A stretch of 64,000 nt of DNA from the NCBI GenBank assembly GCA_965215505.1, contig OZ244065.1:64001-128000 (forward strand). The letters run 5' to 3'. This stretch comes from Capsulimonadaceae bacterium. GTDB taxonomy: Bacteria > Armatimonadota > Armatimonadia > Armatimonadales > Capsulimonadaceae. This document shows positions 1 through 9,120 of this stretch, piece after piece. Position 1 is the stretch's first letter. The number at the start of each line of letters is the position of its first letter. Under the pieces are notes generated by a model. It saw only the letters and a program-made list of their open reading frames with translations. It did not search any database and was not told the origin of the DNA. A program made the translations under genes and the position numbers.

Positions 1-745
1 TACTGTAGTACATGGCGGCCAGCCGCGAGAGCTGGGCGTTATGGGCCGCCACCTGGGCGCTGACCACGCCGGCGGGGCCGCCGCCCGCCCCGGCGAGATA
101 CGGCAGGGCCTGGAGCGTCCCTTCGAACTCGATCTCCGTCCACCCGAAGGTCTCGTCCGGCAGGGGGGAGGAAGGCTCGGTCCCGCGCGCCCCCAGGACC
201 ACCTGACCGGTCCGGTCGCGCAGGGCCATCGGCACCCCCCAGGCGTGCAGCATGCGGCTGAGATAGGCGAAGTTCGTCTCGCCGTGCTGGACGCTGAGGG
301 TGATCGGGATGTCAAGGTCTGCGGCCTGGTCTATCTTGATCAGGGGGTCGGACTTCGCGATGTGTTCGGCGATCTCCAGCAGGGTGGTGGCCTGGAAGGT
401 GCGGTAGCGCGGGATGAGGTCGGCGCGCTTGGTGAAGGAGACGCAGGAAAGAAGCAGGGAAGACGTGGAGGCGTTCCGCCGCCCGCGCACGTCCTCGATG
501 TAGCCGCGGAAGCCGTTAAAATGCTCCGCCAGGTCGTTGTCCTTCCACTGGATGTCGATCGGGCAGTTGAGGAGCTTGCCGGCCACGAAAGCCGTCTGCC
601 GGTCCTCGTACCGGCTGCCCTCCTGCCACTTCAACGTCAGCTCGGCGCGCGAGTGGTCGTAGAGGGGCCGCGAGATCACCACCTCGGTCAGCAGGTGCCG
701 ACTCGACAACTCCTCCGCGCCGACGATCTGGATCTGAAAAGCCAT
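1..745 (-). CDS. vgrG: VgrG / phage late control D (gp27-like hub) spike protein, N-terminal part; runs off the window edge
   Basis: Not in the ORF track; translated by hand from ATG at 745 (GGAGG 9 nt upstream), open to base 1: MAFQIQIVGAEELSSRHLLTEVVISRPLYDHSRAELTL...FRGYIEDVRG...IPRYRTFQATTLLEIAEHI...VQHGETNFAYLSRMLHAWG. These match the VgrG/GPD motifs R-x-F-Q-x-x-T and V-Q-Y-x-E-T-D-F-x-F-L-x-R. Confidence 0.8.
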   Translation of the reverse strand, partial: MAFQIQIVGAEELSSRHLLTEVVISRPLYDHSRAELTLKWQEGSRYEDRQTAFVAGKLLNCPIDIQWKDNDLAEHFNGFRGYIEDVRGRRNASTSSLLLSCVSFTKRADLIPRYRTFQATTLLEIAEHIAKSDPLIKIDQAADLDIPITLSVQHGETNFAYLSRMLHAWGVPMALRDRTGQVVLGARGTEPSSPLPDETFGWTEIEFEGTLQALPYLAGAGGGPAGVVSAQVAAHNAQLSRLAAMYYS

Positions 746-775
746 AGTGTAGTGCCTCCGGGCGGTCGGCGACGC

Positions 776-3460
776 CTAGCGCGTCGTCGCCAGGTGCCCG
801 ACGTTCGACGTCAGGGAAAAGCTCTGTGCCGCTCGTGGGTAGGCGTGCTGCGCGCCGTAAGTCACGGTGTAATCGTGTGTCCCGCTGGGGAAGCGGTAGG
901 AGTGGTTCAGAATCACCTCCTCGCTCACGGTGGTCCCTGGTGCCAGCGTGATGAACTGGCGCGGGCCGGGGTCGGCGGGGCGCTGGGACCGATGCCCGGT
1001 GAACGGGAGGAGCTGGCCGTCCGCCCGGATCTGGAACACGTCATCCCCGATCTTGCCGCTCGCGCACGCGCTGATCTTGTCGAGGAACACGGGATGTCCC
1101 GAGACGTTGGCGAACGTCAGCACGGCATGAACGTCTTTGCCCTGGGGCGTGACGGCAAGCCCGACGGTCGCCGGGATGGTCACGAGCGTCGGGGCCAGCG
1201 TCGTGGTCTGGCCGCTCTCGCCACTGGAACGGCCCCCCACCTTGCTCTGAACGCGGTAGTGATAGAGGCCGCCTGGAGTAACGGTCGTGTCTGAAAAAAA
1301 GTTGTTGCGCGTTGACTGGGGCCATTTCCCCCCGCCGGAACCGCCGCTGCGGTACAGGAGGTACACGGCGCCGTTCGGCACGCTGTCCCAATGCACGTTG
1401 ATCTGGGTCGGCCCGGCCGGCTGGGCCACCAGCCCCGTCGGGGTGGGGGGCGGCAGAACGGGCACCTTGACCGCCGCGACGGGGGGCAGAGGCGGCGTCG
1501 GCGTCGGCGGCCTGTCGCTCGTCGTCGGCGGCGATGTCGGAGCCGGGCGGGGCGTGACGGGTGGCTGTGGCGGCACAATCACCGGGGGGGTCACGGCGGC
1601 CGCCGTCCTGCCGGATGACGCCGCTGACCCTGATGCCCCCGCGCTCGTGGCCGCCGCTGCCGCCTGGGCCTGCTTCCTCTTGTCCGCCTCGTCTTGCCTT
1701 GACTTCGCCCGCGCCTCGGCCCTCGCCGCCGCCGCGATCTGCTCCGGAGTCAGCGTCAGCGTCTCGGGGAACGAGAGCGCATCGGGGAAGGTGAAGGCCC
1801 CCTTCTGGCGTCTCACGGGCAGGGACACGCCGGAGTCATTGCTCTTCTGCTGCAAGGCGGTCGCGCTCAGGATGAGAGTTTCGGTCTTCCCCTGCGGGAC
1901 CTGATCCGTGACATCCAGCTTGACGGGTTCATAGGCGTTGTGGCGGTCCCGGTAGACGGGGCAGATGCGCGTGTGCTGTTGGCCGTCGAGCAGATAGTTG
2001 ACCGTCAGGAACTTGATGTCCTTTCCCCGCAGGCCGCCGAGGTCGCCGATGTTTATCAGCACCAGCGCGCCCGGCGACCGGGCGACTTTGATCGTCTGCT
2101 GGACCTTCCATTCGTCGCGCAGGCCGGCGACTTTGGTGATGTTCAGGTAGGCGGCGTCGGACATCGCGGGGAAGGTGTAGCTGCTGAACTCCGGCTCTTT
2201 GCCCGCCTTAGGCGCGAGGCTGAGCTGGTAGCGCTGGTGGGCGCGGCCCGGCCAGCTCCAGCCGATGGGCCAGCGGTATCCATAAAGGCGGGCCGGCCCC
2301 TTGAAGACGAGCTGGCTGCCGTTGAAGGACCCGACGATCGGCTGCTGACCGGCGAGCGGCGTGTTGTCCTCGTCCAGAAGTGTCATCGTCGGGTCCAGGT
2401 CCCGCAGGTCCACGCCGTCCGGGAGCTGCCCGGCCTCCAGGCCTTCGAAGGCGGGCGTCACCACGATCACCGGATGCTTTTCGGAGGGGACGCCCCAGAC
2501 CAGCCAGAATAGGAACAGCAGGATGCCGAGCAGGGCCACCCAGTCGCGCCCCATGCGGAGCCAGGGGACGTAGCGGACGCGGACCGGGCGGGCCAGGGCG
2601 AGCGGGGTGCTGACGCTGCCGGCGGCTTGGGCCGCGCCGCGCACGGTGGCGTAGTAGGAGCCGCGGTGGGCGGGGGGCGGCAGCAGGCACTGCCAGACGC
2701 CCGGAGTCCGCGCCGTGAGGGCCTGCTGGATGTCGCCGACGGTTTCGGCGTCCCGTTCCAGGGCGTCCTTGGTCGGCGCGCGCAGGATGGTCATCCCGAC
2801 GGTGGGGGGCAAAAAACTCTTGTTGGCGAGCCGGACGGCGAAGCGCGCCTCGCGCCGCCACGGGCGGGTGACGACGAAGGGGGGGACTGCGGTGATCTGG
2901 AGGTCGCTTTCGGTCGGCAGTCCGACCCAGCGCAGGGGTAGGTCCTGGACGATCTCGCCGGGGTCGCCGGTGCGGCGCGGGTCGAAGCAGGTCAGGACGA
3001 AGCCGAAGGCCTGCGTCTTCCGCTTCTCGCCGGTAGGGGGCGGCACGAAGACCACCTCGAACGATGCTTCCTCGCCCGGCTGGAGCAGGATGCCGCCCTC
3101 GCGCTGCGGGGTGCCGCCGAGTGGCGGGCGGCGGATGTAGAAGGCCGGGTTCAGGTCGGTCACGGTCAGGTCGAAACGGTACGCTATCGGCTCGGGGTTG
3201 CCCACATGGATGGTTTCGACCTTGCCGGGCCAGACCAGGTCGCGGTCGGTAATGCGCGACTGCTTCGAGTCCGGCGTCTCCTCGGCGTCCGCCGAAGCCA
3301 GCGGCTTGCCCGGCGTGAAGGACACCGAGGCCTCCCCGCCGGATTCCATGTCCTCGTCCGCCCCGCCGCCCCCGCCGCCGGAACCGTAGCCGCCCGCAAA
3401 GCCTGAGAGGCCCGACAGACCGGGGATGAAGCCCAGGAAACTTAGAAATCGTCCAAACAT
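776..3460 (-). CDS. Large bitopic membrane protein: Ig-like N-terminal domains, TM helix, extracytoplasmic beta domains, Pro-rich linker, FN3 domain, C-terminal M35-peptidase-prodomain-like domain
   Basis: 894-aa ORF. TM segment WVALLGILLFLFWLVWGV; FN3 signature PTPTGLVAQPAGPTQINVHWDSVPNGAVYLLYRS...DTTVTPGGLYHYRVQS; C-terminus LTFANVSGHPVFL...DVFQIRADGQLLPFTG...FITLAPGTTVSEEVILNHSYRF. Sits in the operon directly upstream of vgrG. Confidence 0.7.
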   Translation of the reverse strand: MFGRFLSFLGFIPGLSGLSGFAGGYGSGGGGGGADEDMESGGEASVSFTPGKPLASADAEETPDSKQSRITDRDLVWPGKVETIHVGNPEPIAYRFDLTVTDLNPAFYIRRPPLGGTPQREGGILLQPGEEASFEVVFVPPPTGEKRKTQAFGFVLTCFDPRRTGDPGEIVQDLPLRWVGLPTESDLQITAVPPFVVTRPWRREARFAVRLANKSFLPPTVGMTILRAPTKDALERDAETVGDIQQALTARTPGVWQCLLPPPAHRGSYYATVRGAAQAAGSVSTPLALARPVRVRYVPWLRMGRDWVALLGILLFLFWLVWGVPSEKHPVIVVTPAFEGLEAGQLPDGVDLRDLDPTMTLLDEDNTPLAGQQPIVGSFNGSQLVFKGPARLYGYRWPIGWSWPGRAHQRYQLSLAPKAGKEPEFSSYTFPAMSDAAYLNITKVAGLRDEWKVQQTIKVARSPGALVLINIGDLGGLRGKDIKFLTVNYLLDGQQHTRICPVYRDRHNAYEPVKLDVTDQVPQGKTETLILSATALQQKSNDSGVSLPVRRQKGAFTFPDALSFPETLTLTPEQIAAAARAEARAKSRQDEADKRKQAQAAAAATSAGASGSAASSGRTAAAVTPPVIVPPQPPVTPRPAPTSPPTTSDRPPTPTPPLPPVAAVKVPVLPPPTPTGLVAQPAGPTQINVHWDSVPNGAVYLLYRSGGSGGGKWPQSTRNNFFSDTTVTPGGLYHYRVQSKVGGRSSGESGQTTTLAPTLVTIPATVGLAVTPQGKDVHAVLTFANVSGHPVFLDKISACASGKIGDDVFQIRADGQLLPFTGHRSQRPADPGPRQFITLAPGTTVSEEVILNHSYRFPSGTHDYTVTYGAQHAYPRAAQSFSLTSNVGHLATTR

Positions 3461-3514
3461 GTGTTGTTTCGTTCCACTCCTTGCGGAGTAAGACTCTCTG
3501 AGATTGGCCGCGCT

Positions 3515-3979
3515 TCAATGCGCCGACGGTCGTTTGACGTGGCTCGGGTTCGGTCGGTTCAAATGGAATTCGACGGTATACGGGATCGTGGAGTGCGGCC
3601 ACGGGTTGATCAGCCGCGTCTCGGTGTGGCCCTGCCACTGGAAGATCAGCCACAGCCGCTCCCCCGGAAACCGCGAGATCGGCGTCAGCCCCTTCGGGTC
3701 TATGGACAGCTTCCCCTGATCGCTCTCCGGCACCGCGCGGTCGCCGATCCCGCCTGTGGAAATAGAGGCGGGGACGAGGGCCTGCGTGCCGTCCGAGTAG
3801 ACCTCGATGGCTTGCAGGTTCACCTGCACGCGCTGGGCCGATGGGGCCGGCTTGACAGGATGCCGCTTGTGGGACAGAGCGCCCAGGACAACGCCGACCA
3901 GAGCCGCCCCGAGAAAAACGGCGAGCCACTTTGCGAAGAAGCGCGCGGGCCAACATGTGGACGCGAAGAGGGAAGCCAT
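3515..3979 (-). CDS. Small membrane-anchored hypothetical protein
   Basis: 154-aa ORF, N-terminal hydrophobic helix WLAVFLGAALVGVVLGAL, co-oriented within the operon. Confidence 0.6.
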   Translation of the reverse strand: MASLFASTCWPARFFAKWLAVFLGAALVGVVLGALSHKRHPVKPAPSAQRVQVNLQAIEVYSDGTQALVPASISTGGIGDRAVPESDQGKLSIDPKGLTPISRFPGERLWLIFQWQGHTETRLINPWPHSTIPYTVEFHLNRPNPSHVKRPSAH

Positions 3980-4054
3980 AAGCTCTGGTTCATCCTGAGA
4001 GGTGGTCGGTATGCCTCAGACAAGGCCTTGTGAGGTCGTTTGCGCCACATGAGA

Positions 4055-5140
4055 CTATTTGCGCCACATGAACCCGGTGCCGCTGCGCCGGGGCGTCTCG
4101 ACCGCCGCCGGGTCCTCCTCCCGGCTCGCCGCCGGCGCGGCGCGCGGGTCGCGTGCCGCCATCACGGTCTCGTGGTCGAGCTGGCGGCGCTCCGGGGCCG
4201 GGGCGGCGGCCTCCAGGGCGGCCAGGAGGGGCGGATAAAGCTGGAGCAGCCGGTCCAGGCACTCGCGGGCCATCAGGAAGGCCTGGCCCATGGTCCACTC
4301 GGCCGTCTCCAAATAGTTCAGTGTGTCTTCCAAATAATCCACCGCCTCCTGGTAGATCCGCAGGCCGGGCGAGGGCAGGGCCAGAAGCTGGGCGCGCTGT
4401 GCGGCCAGGATGCCCCCGACGATGCCCATGTAGGCGCGCGGGGAGGCGTTCCCGTCCGCGACACCTGCCAGCGGTCCGAGTGACCCGGCCAGGGCGGTCG
4501 CGGCGGCGTAGCGCTGGACGGCCCCCGACGAGTGCTTGACCAGCAGGTCCAAAGCCTGCCGTGCGAGCGACCGCAGCTCCTGCTGAGAGCGCCACTGGCC
4601 GGCGTGGCTGGAAAGGAACATCGTCTCGGGGATAAAAGACCGGTCCAGGCTGAGGCCGGTCGTCGTCTTCTCGAACTGCGCGATCTGGACCCAGTCCACC
4701 GTGTCGTCGCCGTTGTCCGCGGCCAGACGGTAGGAGGCACGGATACCCCGGCACCCGAGCAGGCCGGTATCCACGGAGGAATGCAGGTGCGGCTCGGGGG
4801 CGCGCTCGGTAAGCGACGCGCCGACGTAGAGCGGCACGATGTTCGCCCGCGCCTCGACGGTGCCGCGCAGGGCGAGAGCCGGGTCGTCCGGAATTTCGAT
4901 GATCTGCCCCTGCCGCCCGACGGCCAGGCAGCCGCGCACGGCGACCGAGTACAGCCGGTCGCCCTCCGGACTGGGGCGGCTGACGGCGTCGTCGGCCAGA
5001 TGCAGCAGGCCCGCGACGCGCCCGCGCTGGAGGGTCCACCGCACCAGCTCCTCCAGGTAGAACGTCTCCTGCTTGAACTGTCCGGCCTGCATCAAGCGGA
5101 CGCTGTCCCAGTCCACGGAGACCAGATCGAACTTACGCAT
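4055..5140 (-). CDS. tssK: TssK-like baseplate-to-membrane connector
   Basis: N-terminal VDWDSVRLMQAGQFKQETFY (TssK V-x-W-x-x-G-M...H-F-x-Q), VRGCLAVGRQGQIIEIP, LDRSFIPETMFLSSH (D-x-x-Y/F-I-P-P-x-x-x-V-S-S-H). Start taken at ATG 5140 (GAGG upstream); the ORF track starts at 5167. Confidence 0.7.
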   Translation of the reverse strand: MRKFDLVSVDWDSVRLMQAGQFKQETFYLEELVRWTLQRGRVAGLLHLADDAVSRPSPEGDRLYSVAVRGCLAVGRQGQIIEIPDDPALALRGTVEARANIVPLYVGASLTERAPEPHLHSSVDTGLLGCRGIRASYRLAADNGDDTVDWVQIAQFEKTTTGLSLDRSFIPETMFLSSHAGQWRSQQELRSLARQALDLLVKHSSGAVQRYAAATALAGSLGPLAGVADGNASPRAYMGIVGGILAAQRAQLLALPSPGLRIYQEAVDYLEDTLNYLETAEWTMGQAFLMARECLDRLLQLYPPLLAALEAAAPAPERRQLDHETVMAARDPRAAPAASREEDPAAVETPRRSGTGFMWRK

Positions 5141-5213
5141 CAGGGGGAACCTCTTGAGAAATGTCACTCAAAGAAATATACCCTATTTCGCGCCGGACTG
5201 AGAACACCCCGGC

Positions 5214-6827
5214 TCAGAGCGTGATCGGGTCGCCCGCCGGCCCGCCCCCGGCCGCCTTCGCCCCGAGCCGCGCCCCGGACTGGAACTCGTGCTGGAGGTA
5301 GGAGGGGCGGTCCAGGCGGGCCGCCGACTCGCGCCACAAGACCTCGACGCGGCAGCAGACCGGCAGGAACAGGCGCAGCAGCAGGGCCAGCGTCGCGCGC
5401 GCTTTCTCCGCGCCCTCGTCCTCATCCGACAGCGGCATTTCCAGGGTCACCCCAGGGTACTGGAGCAGGGCGGCCCCGCCCAGTACCGCCGTGCTGCCGA
5501 GCTGCGCCAGGAGTGTAGCGGGCCGGCTGAAGGCGGGCGCATAGCGCCGGGGGTGGACGACGACATCTGGGTGGATCAGCCGCCGCGCGGCGGTCTCGAA
5601 CAGGACGAACGGGTCGGCGGCCTCGCGCCGCCAGGCGACCAGCGACCAGAGCTGCGTCCGCTCCGTCTCGTCGAGCGCGCTCAGGTCCAGCGCGGCGTCG
5701 TCCGGGCCGCCCACGCCGAGAACGCCGCCCCCGTCTGCCCACTCTTCCAGGCGCGAGGCCAGCAGGGTGCGGGCGTTGCGCCCGCCGGTCACGGACAGGA
5801 ACCAGCCGTCCAGCCGGCCCGTCCCCGCCGCCCTCTGGTCGGAGATGCGGCCGTGTATCCAGCCGATCCCGGCGAGCGAATCAATAACGGCGGTCGCCAG
5901 CAGCGCCTCGGTCGTGACGACCTCCATCAGCTCGCGGACGATGAGCGCGCGCTCCCGCTCCGTCTCATGGGAGAGGGCCGTCAGCAGGGCGCGCAGGAGC
6001 GCGCGCTGCCCGTCCGCCTCGGCGGGGGTCAGCTCGGTCCACATGCCGTCTTCCGCCGCCATCTCGGGCAGCGCGCCGAACAGCAGCAATGCCCAGCGTT
6101 TCAGTGTCTCCGTGGCGGCGGGGCGGTCGCGGTCTTCCAGGCCTTCGATGCCGCGCGGCGGCAGCTTGTCGGCCATCAGGGGCCAGGCCAGCCGGCAGGC
6201 GGCGCGCAGGTCCGGGTCGGCGGCCCGCCGCGTCGCCGTCGCGATCAGGCCCGGTCGGCGGGCGGGGTCGGACTCGAATAAGACCCCGAGAACGTCGTCG
6301 GCCCCGACCTCCATCATGACGCGCTCTTCCGGCGTCGGCGTCCGCATCAGCTCGGGGTAGGAGGCGCAGACCTGCTGGGCCAGGTCTTCCAGTGGGGACT
6401 GCGGCCGGGCAGGCGGCGGGGCGCCCGGCAGCCCCGCCAGCAGGGGCGGCACGAAATGGGCCAGCCGACCCACGGTGCGGGTCACGCGCCGCTCCCCCCC
6501 GGCCTCGCCTTCCGGCACGAAATAATCCACGGTGTCCGCGCGCACGCTGACGGCGAGGCGCGGGCGGACCTCGGCCGGGATGACGTAGTGGACCGTCAGG
6601 CGCTCACTGAGCGGGTCATGGGAGGGGCCGGGCGGGTCCTGCGCGCGGACCTCGGGGTCGGCGAAGTGGCCGAGTTCGGGCAGCATCCGCAGGTTCTCTT
6701 CGGGGATGCCCAGGGCGTGAAGCGTCCTCCAAGCTTCCAGCAGGTAGCTCGGCCAGTTCAGCCCACTGAGCTGCGGGAATACGACCGTCCGTGCCGCCTT
6801 GTCCGGCGTCTCTTCGGCCTGGGTCAT
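5214..6827 (-). CDS. TssG-like baseplate wedge subunit with extended N-terminus (537 aa)
   Basis: Likely start MTQAEETP at 6827, overlapping the upstream stop (ATGA). C-terminal QLGSTAVLGG...YPGVTLEMP...LLLRLFLPVCCRVEV...ARLG resembles TssG; positioned between tssF and tssK. Confidence 0.6.
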   Translation of the reverse strand: MTQAEETPDKAARTVVFPQLSGLNWPSYLLEAWRTLHALGIPEENLRMLPELGHFADPEVRAQDPPGPSHDPLSERLTVHYVIPAEVRPRLAVSVRADTVDYFVPEGEAGGERRVTRTVGRLAHFVPPLLAGLPGAPPPARPQSPLEDLAQQVCASYPELMRTPTPEERVMMEVGADDVLGVLFESDPARRPGLIATATRRAADPDLRAACRLAWPLMADKLPPRGIEGLEDRDRPAATETLKRWALLLFGALPEMAAEDGMWTELTPAEADGQRALLRALLTALSHETERERALIVRELMEVVTTEALLATAVIDSLAGIGWIHGRISDQRAAGTGRLDGWFLSVTGGRNARTLLASRLEEWADGGGVLGVGGPDDAALDLSALDETERTQLWSLVAWRREAADPFVLFETAARRLIHPDVVVHPRRYAPAFSRPATLLAQLGSTAVLGGAALLQYPGVTLEMPLSDEDEGAEKARATLALLLRLFLPVCCRVEVLWRESAARLDRPSYLQHEFQSGARLGAKAAGGGPAGDPITL

Positions 6828-8470
6828 GCCGCCACCCGGCCTTCGATGCGGAACGTGGAAAGCACGAAATACTGCGACAAGATGGAGGCGAGATAGTTCG
6901 CCATGTCCGTCAGCAGGAAGTCCGGGACCTCGGGAGGCGCGGCCCGCTCGAAGGTGATCCGCAGGCTCTGGACCAGCGGCACAGAGTCCGGGGAAGGTAC
7001 GCCTTCTCCTTCGAAGGTGGACTCGCGCGCAAGCACGGAGGGCCAGAGGTAGGAGCGCCAGTGGATGCCGCCCGTCTCGGGGTCGTTGACGATCTCGCGC
7101 ACGGCGGATCGGAATCGGAGCATCTCGCCCAGGTCGCCCCGCCGCTGCCGGATGATCTCCCACAGGTCCCCCTCGGTCAGCAGCGGCGGGCGCAGGACGC
7201 TGTGATACCAGGCCGTCCGCGCCCACTCGGCGCGGTCGGACGGCCCGCCCACCGTGGCCCCGCCCAGGGCGAGGTAAGGGATGCTGAACCGCAGCGGCGC
7301 TTTCTCCAGCGAGGTCGGCGTGTCCAGCATCCCCATCCGGCCCCGGCCCCAGGAGCCGTAATAGATTTTGACCTGCGTGACGCCCGCCTGCACCTGCGGG
7401 AACTGCACCTGTACGTCCGGCTCGGTCGCCGCCGGGTCCTGGCTCGGCAGGCGGACGAGCGAGGAGGGCACGTCCAGCCCGTCGTGCCGGACCGTGGCGG
7501 CGAAGATGCCGGGAACGCCGGTCATCCGCAGGGCGTGTTCCTGGCCGACGTGCGGAAAGGGGGGATAAAAGATGTTGTCCGACAGGCCCGTCTGGACCAC
7601 CGGGACCGCATTCAGACTGACCCAGGCGGGGCCGGAACGGCGCGCACCCAGCGCGCGCAGGGCGGCTGCGGCGTGTCCCTGGGGGGAGGGAACGACTCCC
7701 ACGAACCGGAAGCCCGACTCCAGGCCCCGGTCGAGTCGTTCCGAGGCCAGCAGCGGGTGGGGCGGCGCGTTGCCCGCGCCCATCCCCAGCCGGACCATTT
7801 TGCGCCCGTAAGGGTGAAAAGGCGGCAGCCACAGGTCGAGCTGGCGCTGGTTCATGCGCGCCGTCTGCATCTCGCGCTCGAAGGCCATGTAGCCGTCGTA
7901 GCGCGTGAAGGACGCCGGGCGGAACCCGGCACCGGGAGTCAGGACCCACCAGGAGGCGCGTGCGAGCGCGGCCAGGGCTTCCTCGGGGACGCCGAGGAAT
8001 GCGAGCTGGCCGCGCTCCAGGGTGATCTCGACCGGCTCGGTTCCGGGCTGGTCCACGTCAATGACGGCCAGACAGTTGCCCCCGGACCACTGCACGGCCG
8101 CATCGCGCAGGGCCGTCGGCTGAATCCAGCCCGCGCCGCAGGCCATCCAAGGGGAGCCGGCGGAGTCGGTGAACGTCAGGCCCTCCGTGACGTCGGTCGC
8201 ACGGGCGGGGGGGCGCACGGGGACGGCCAGAGTTTGTGCCGGGAACTTCCAGTCACCGAGCGGAAAAAACTGTTCCTCCAGGTGGGCGATGGACGACCGT
8301 TCGGCCTGAACGTAGTGTTCCTGGACTGCCCCCTTCCAGCCGGCGAGCATGGCGAGGAAGGGGGCGTAGTGTGTCTCGTAGTCTGCCACGACACGGTGGC
8401 GCATCTCGCGCGGGATGCGCGCGAGGATGTCGCGGACGTTGGGCGGGAGTTCGGTTTCGTCGTCAGCCAT
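6824..8470 (-). CDS. tssF: TssF / gp6-like baseplate wedge subunit
   Basis: 548 aa. N-terminal helix then HLEEQFFPLGDWKFPAQTLA (TssF L-L-x-x-L-x-P...P-A-x-T); SLNAVPVVQ (L-N-C-x-P-V-V-N); ATVGG...RPPLLTEGDL (T-x-G-G...I-V-T-x-x-D). Confidence 0.65.
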   Translation of the reverse strand: MADDETELPPNVRDILARIPREMRHRVVADYETHYAPFLAMLAGWKGAVQEHYVQAERSSIAHLEEQFFPLGDWKFPAQTLAVPVRPPARATDVTEGLTFTDSAGSPWMACGAGWIQPTALRDAAVQWSGGNCLAVIDVDQPGTEPVEITLERGQLAFLGVPEEALAALARASWWVLTPGAGFRPASFTRYDGYMAFEREMQTARMNQRQLDLWLPPFHPYGRKMVRLGMGAGNAPPHPLLASERLDRGLESGFRFVGVVPSPQGHAAAALRALGARRSGPAWVSLNAVPVVQTGLSDNIFYPPFPHVGQEHALRMTGVPGIFAATVRHDGLDVPSSLVRLPSQDPAATEPDVQVQFPQVQAGVTQVKIYYGSWGRGRMGMLDTPTSLEKAPLRFSIPYLALGGATVGGPSDRAEWARTAWYHSVLRPPLLTEGDLWEIIRQRRGDLGEMLRFRSAVREIVNDPETGGIHWRSYLWPSVLARESTFEGEGVPSPDSVPLVQSLRITFERAAPPEVPDFLLTDMANYLASILSQYFVLSTFRIEGRVAA

Positions 8471-8520
8471 GGGTGTCTTGGGGCGGAGGGCTGCTCCGGC
8501 GGGGTGTGGGCCGACGTGGA

Positions 8521-8550
8521 ACGGGAGGGAGCGGTGACGCCCCCCCCCGT
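8521..8550 (-). promoter_or_regulatory. RNA hairpin downstream of the tube gene
   Basis: Minus-strand ACGGGGGGGGGCG-TCAC-CGCTCCCTCCCGT forms 13 bp including two G.U pairs; the same positions are A.C mismatches on the plus strand. Confidence 0.55.
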
Positions 8551-8573
8551 CCGAGTGATCTGCAAGATCCTGG

Positions 8574-9017
8574 TTACGCTGCGGGCGCTTCCGGCTCGCC
8601 GGCCTGCACCGAAAGGATGTTGTCGCCGGTGTAGTCCACGTTGTTCTGGATCATCACGCCCCGGATGACCACCTCGACGAAGTTGCCCTGGTCGGTGCCG
8701 TTCGTGGAACCCTCCGGGTACTCCTTCTCGATGTAGGAATGGACGTAGGACTTTTGCAATGTCCACATCTTCTTGACCGTGTGAGAGCGGTCCAGAGTCT
8801 GAAGCTCGACCGTCTTGAATCGCTTCGGCCCCTGCGGCGCGAGCGCCCACAGCGCGATCATGGTGTCATGGTCCAGGGGGAGCGTGACGGTGAACTGCAT
8901 CACCGGGACCTGGACCGCCTCGCGGACCTTCTTGTCTTCATCGAGGTCGTGGAGTATCTCCACCCTGGCGTCGAAGACGCGGTTGATCTTGGTTCCTTGA
9001 ATGGTTAGATTCGGCAT
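8574..9017 (-). CDS. hcp: Hcp/TssD-like inner tube protein (147 aa)
   Basis: Start MPNLTIQG at 9017 with GAAAGGA RBS. Pattern QFTVTLPLDHDTMIALWA...FKTVELQTLDRSHTVKKMWTLQKSYVHSYIE matches the Hcp/TssD/tail-tube fold; size and position directly after the sheath fit. Confidence 0.7.
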   Translation of the reverse strand: MPNLTIQGTKINRVFDARVEILHDLDEDKKVREAVQVPVMQFTVTLPLDHDTMIALWALAPQGPKRFKTVELQTLDRSHTVKKMWTLQKSYVHSYIEKEYPEGSTNGTDQGNFVEVVIRGVMIQNNVDYTGDNILSVQAGEPEAPAA

Positions 9018-9078
9018 CTCGAACTGTCCTTTCATCGGGAATGCACGGGGCACCACTGCGGCGCGAGGTGCTGCGGTC

Positions 9079-9103
9079 ACCGGGGCGGCTCTCCCGCCCC
9101 GGT
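9079..9103. promoter_or_regulatory. GC-rich hairpin between sheath and tube genes
   Basis: ACCGGGGCGG-CTCTC-CCGCCCCGGT, perfect 10-bp stem, no U tract. Confidence 0.5.
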
Positions 9104-9120
9104 CGAGTCAGACCATGTTG

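Noticed and set aside
6828-7949. N-terminal extension of the 911-aa ORF 5214-7949
   Set aside because: Overlaps tssF in another frame and is Arg/Pro/Gly-rich; the ATGA-coupled start at 6827 is more plausible.
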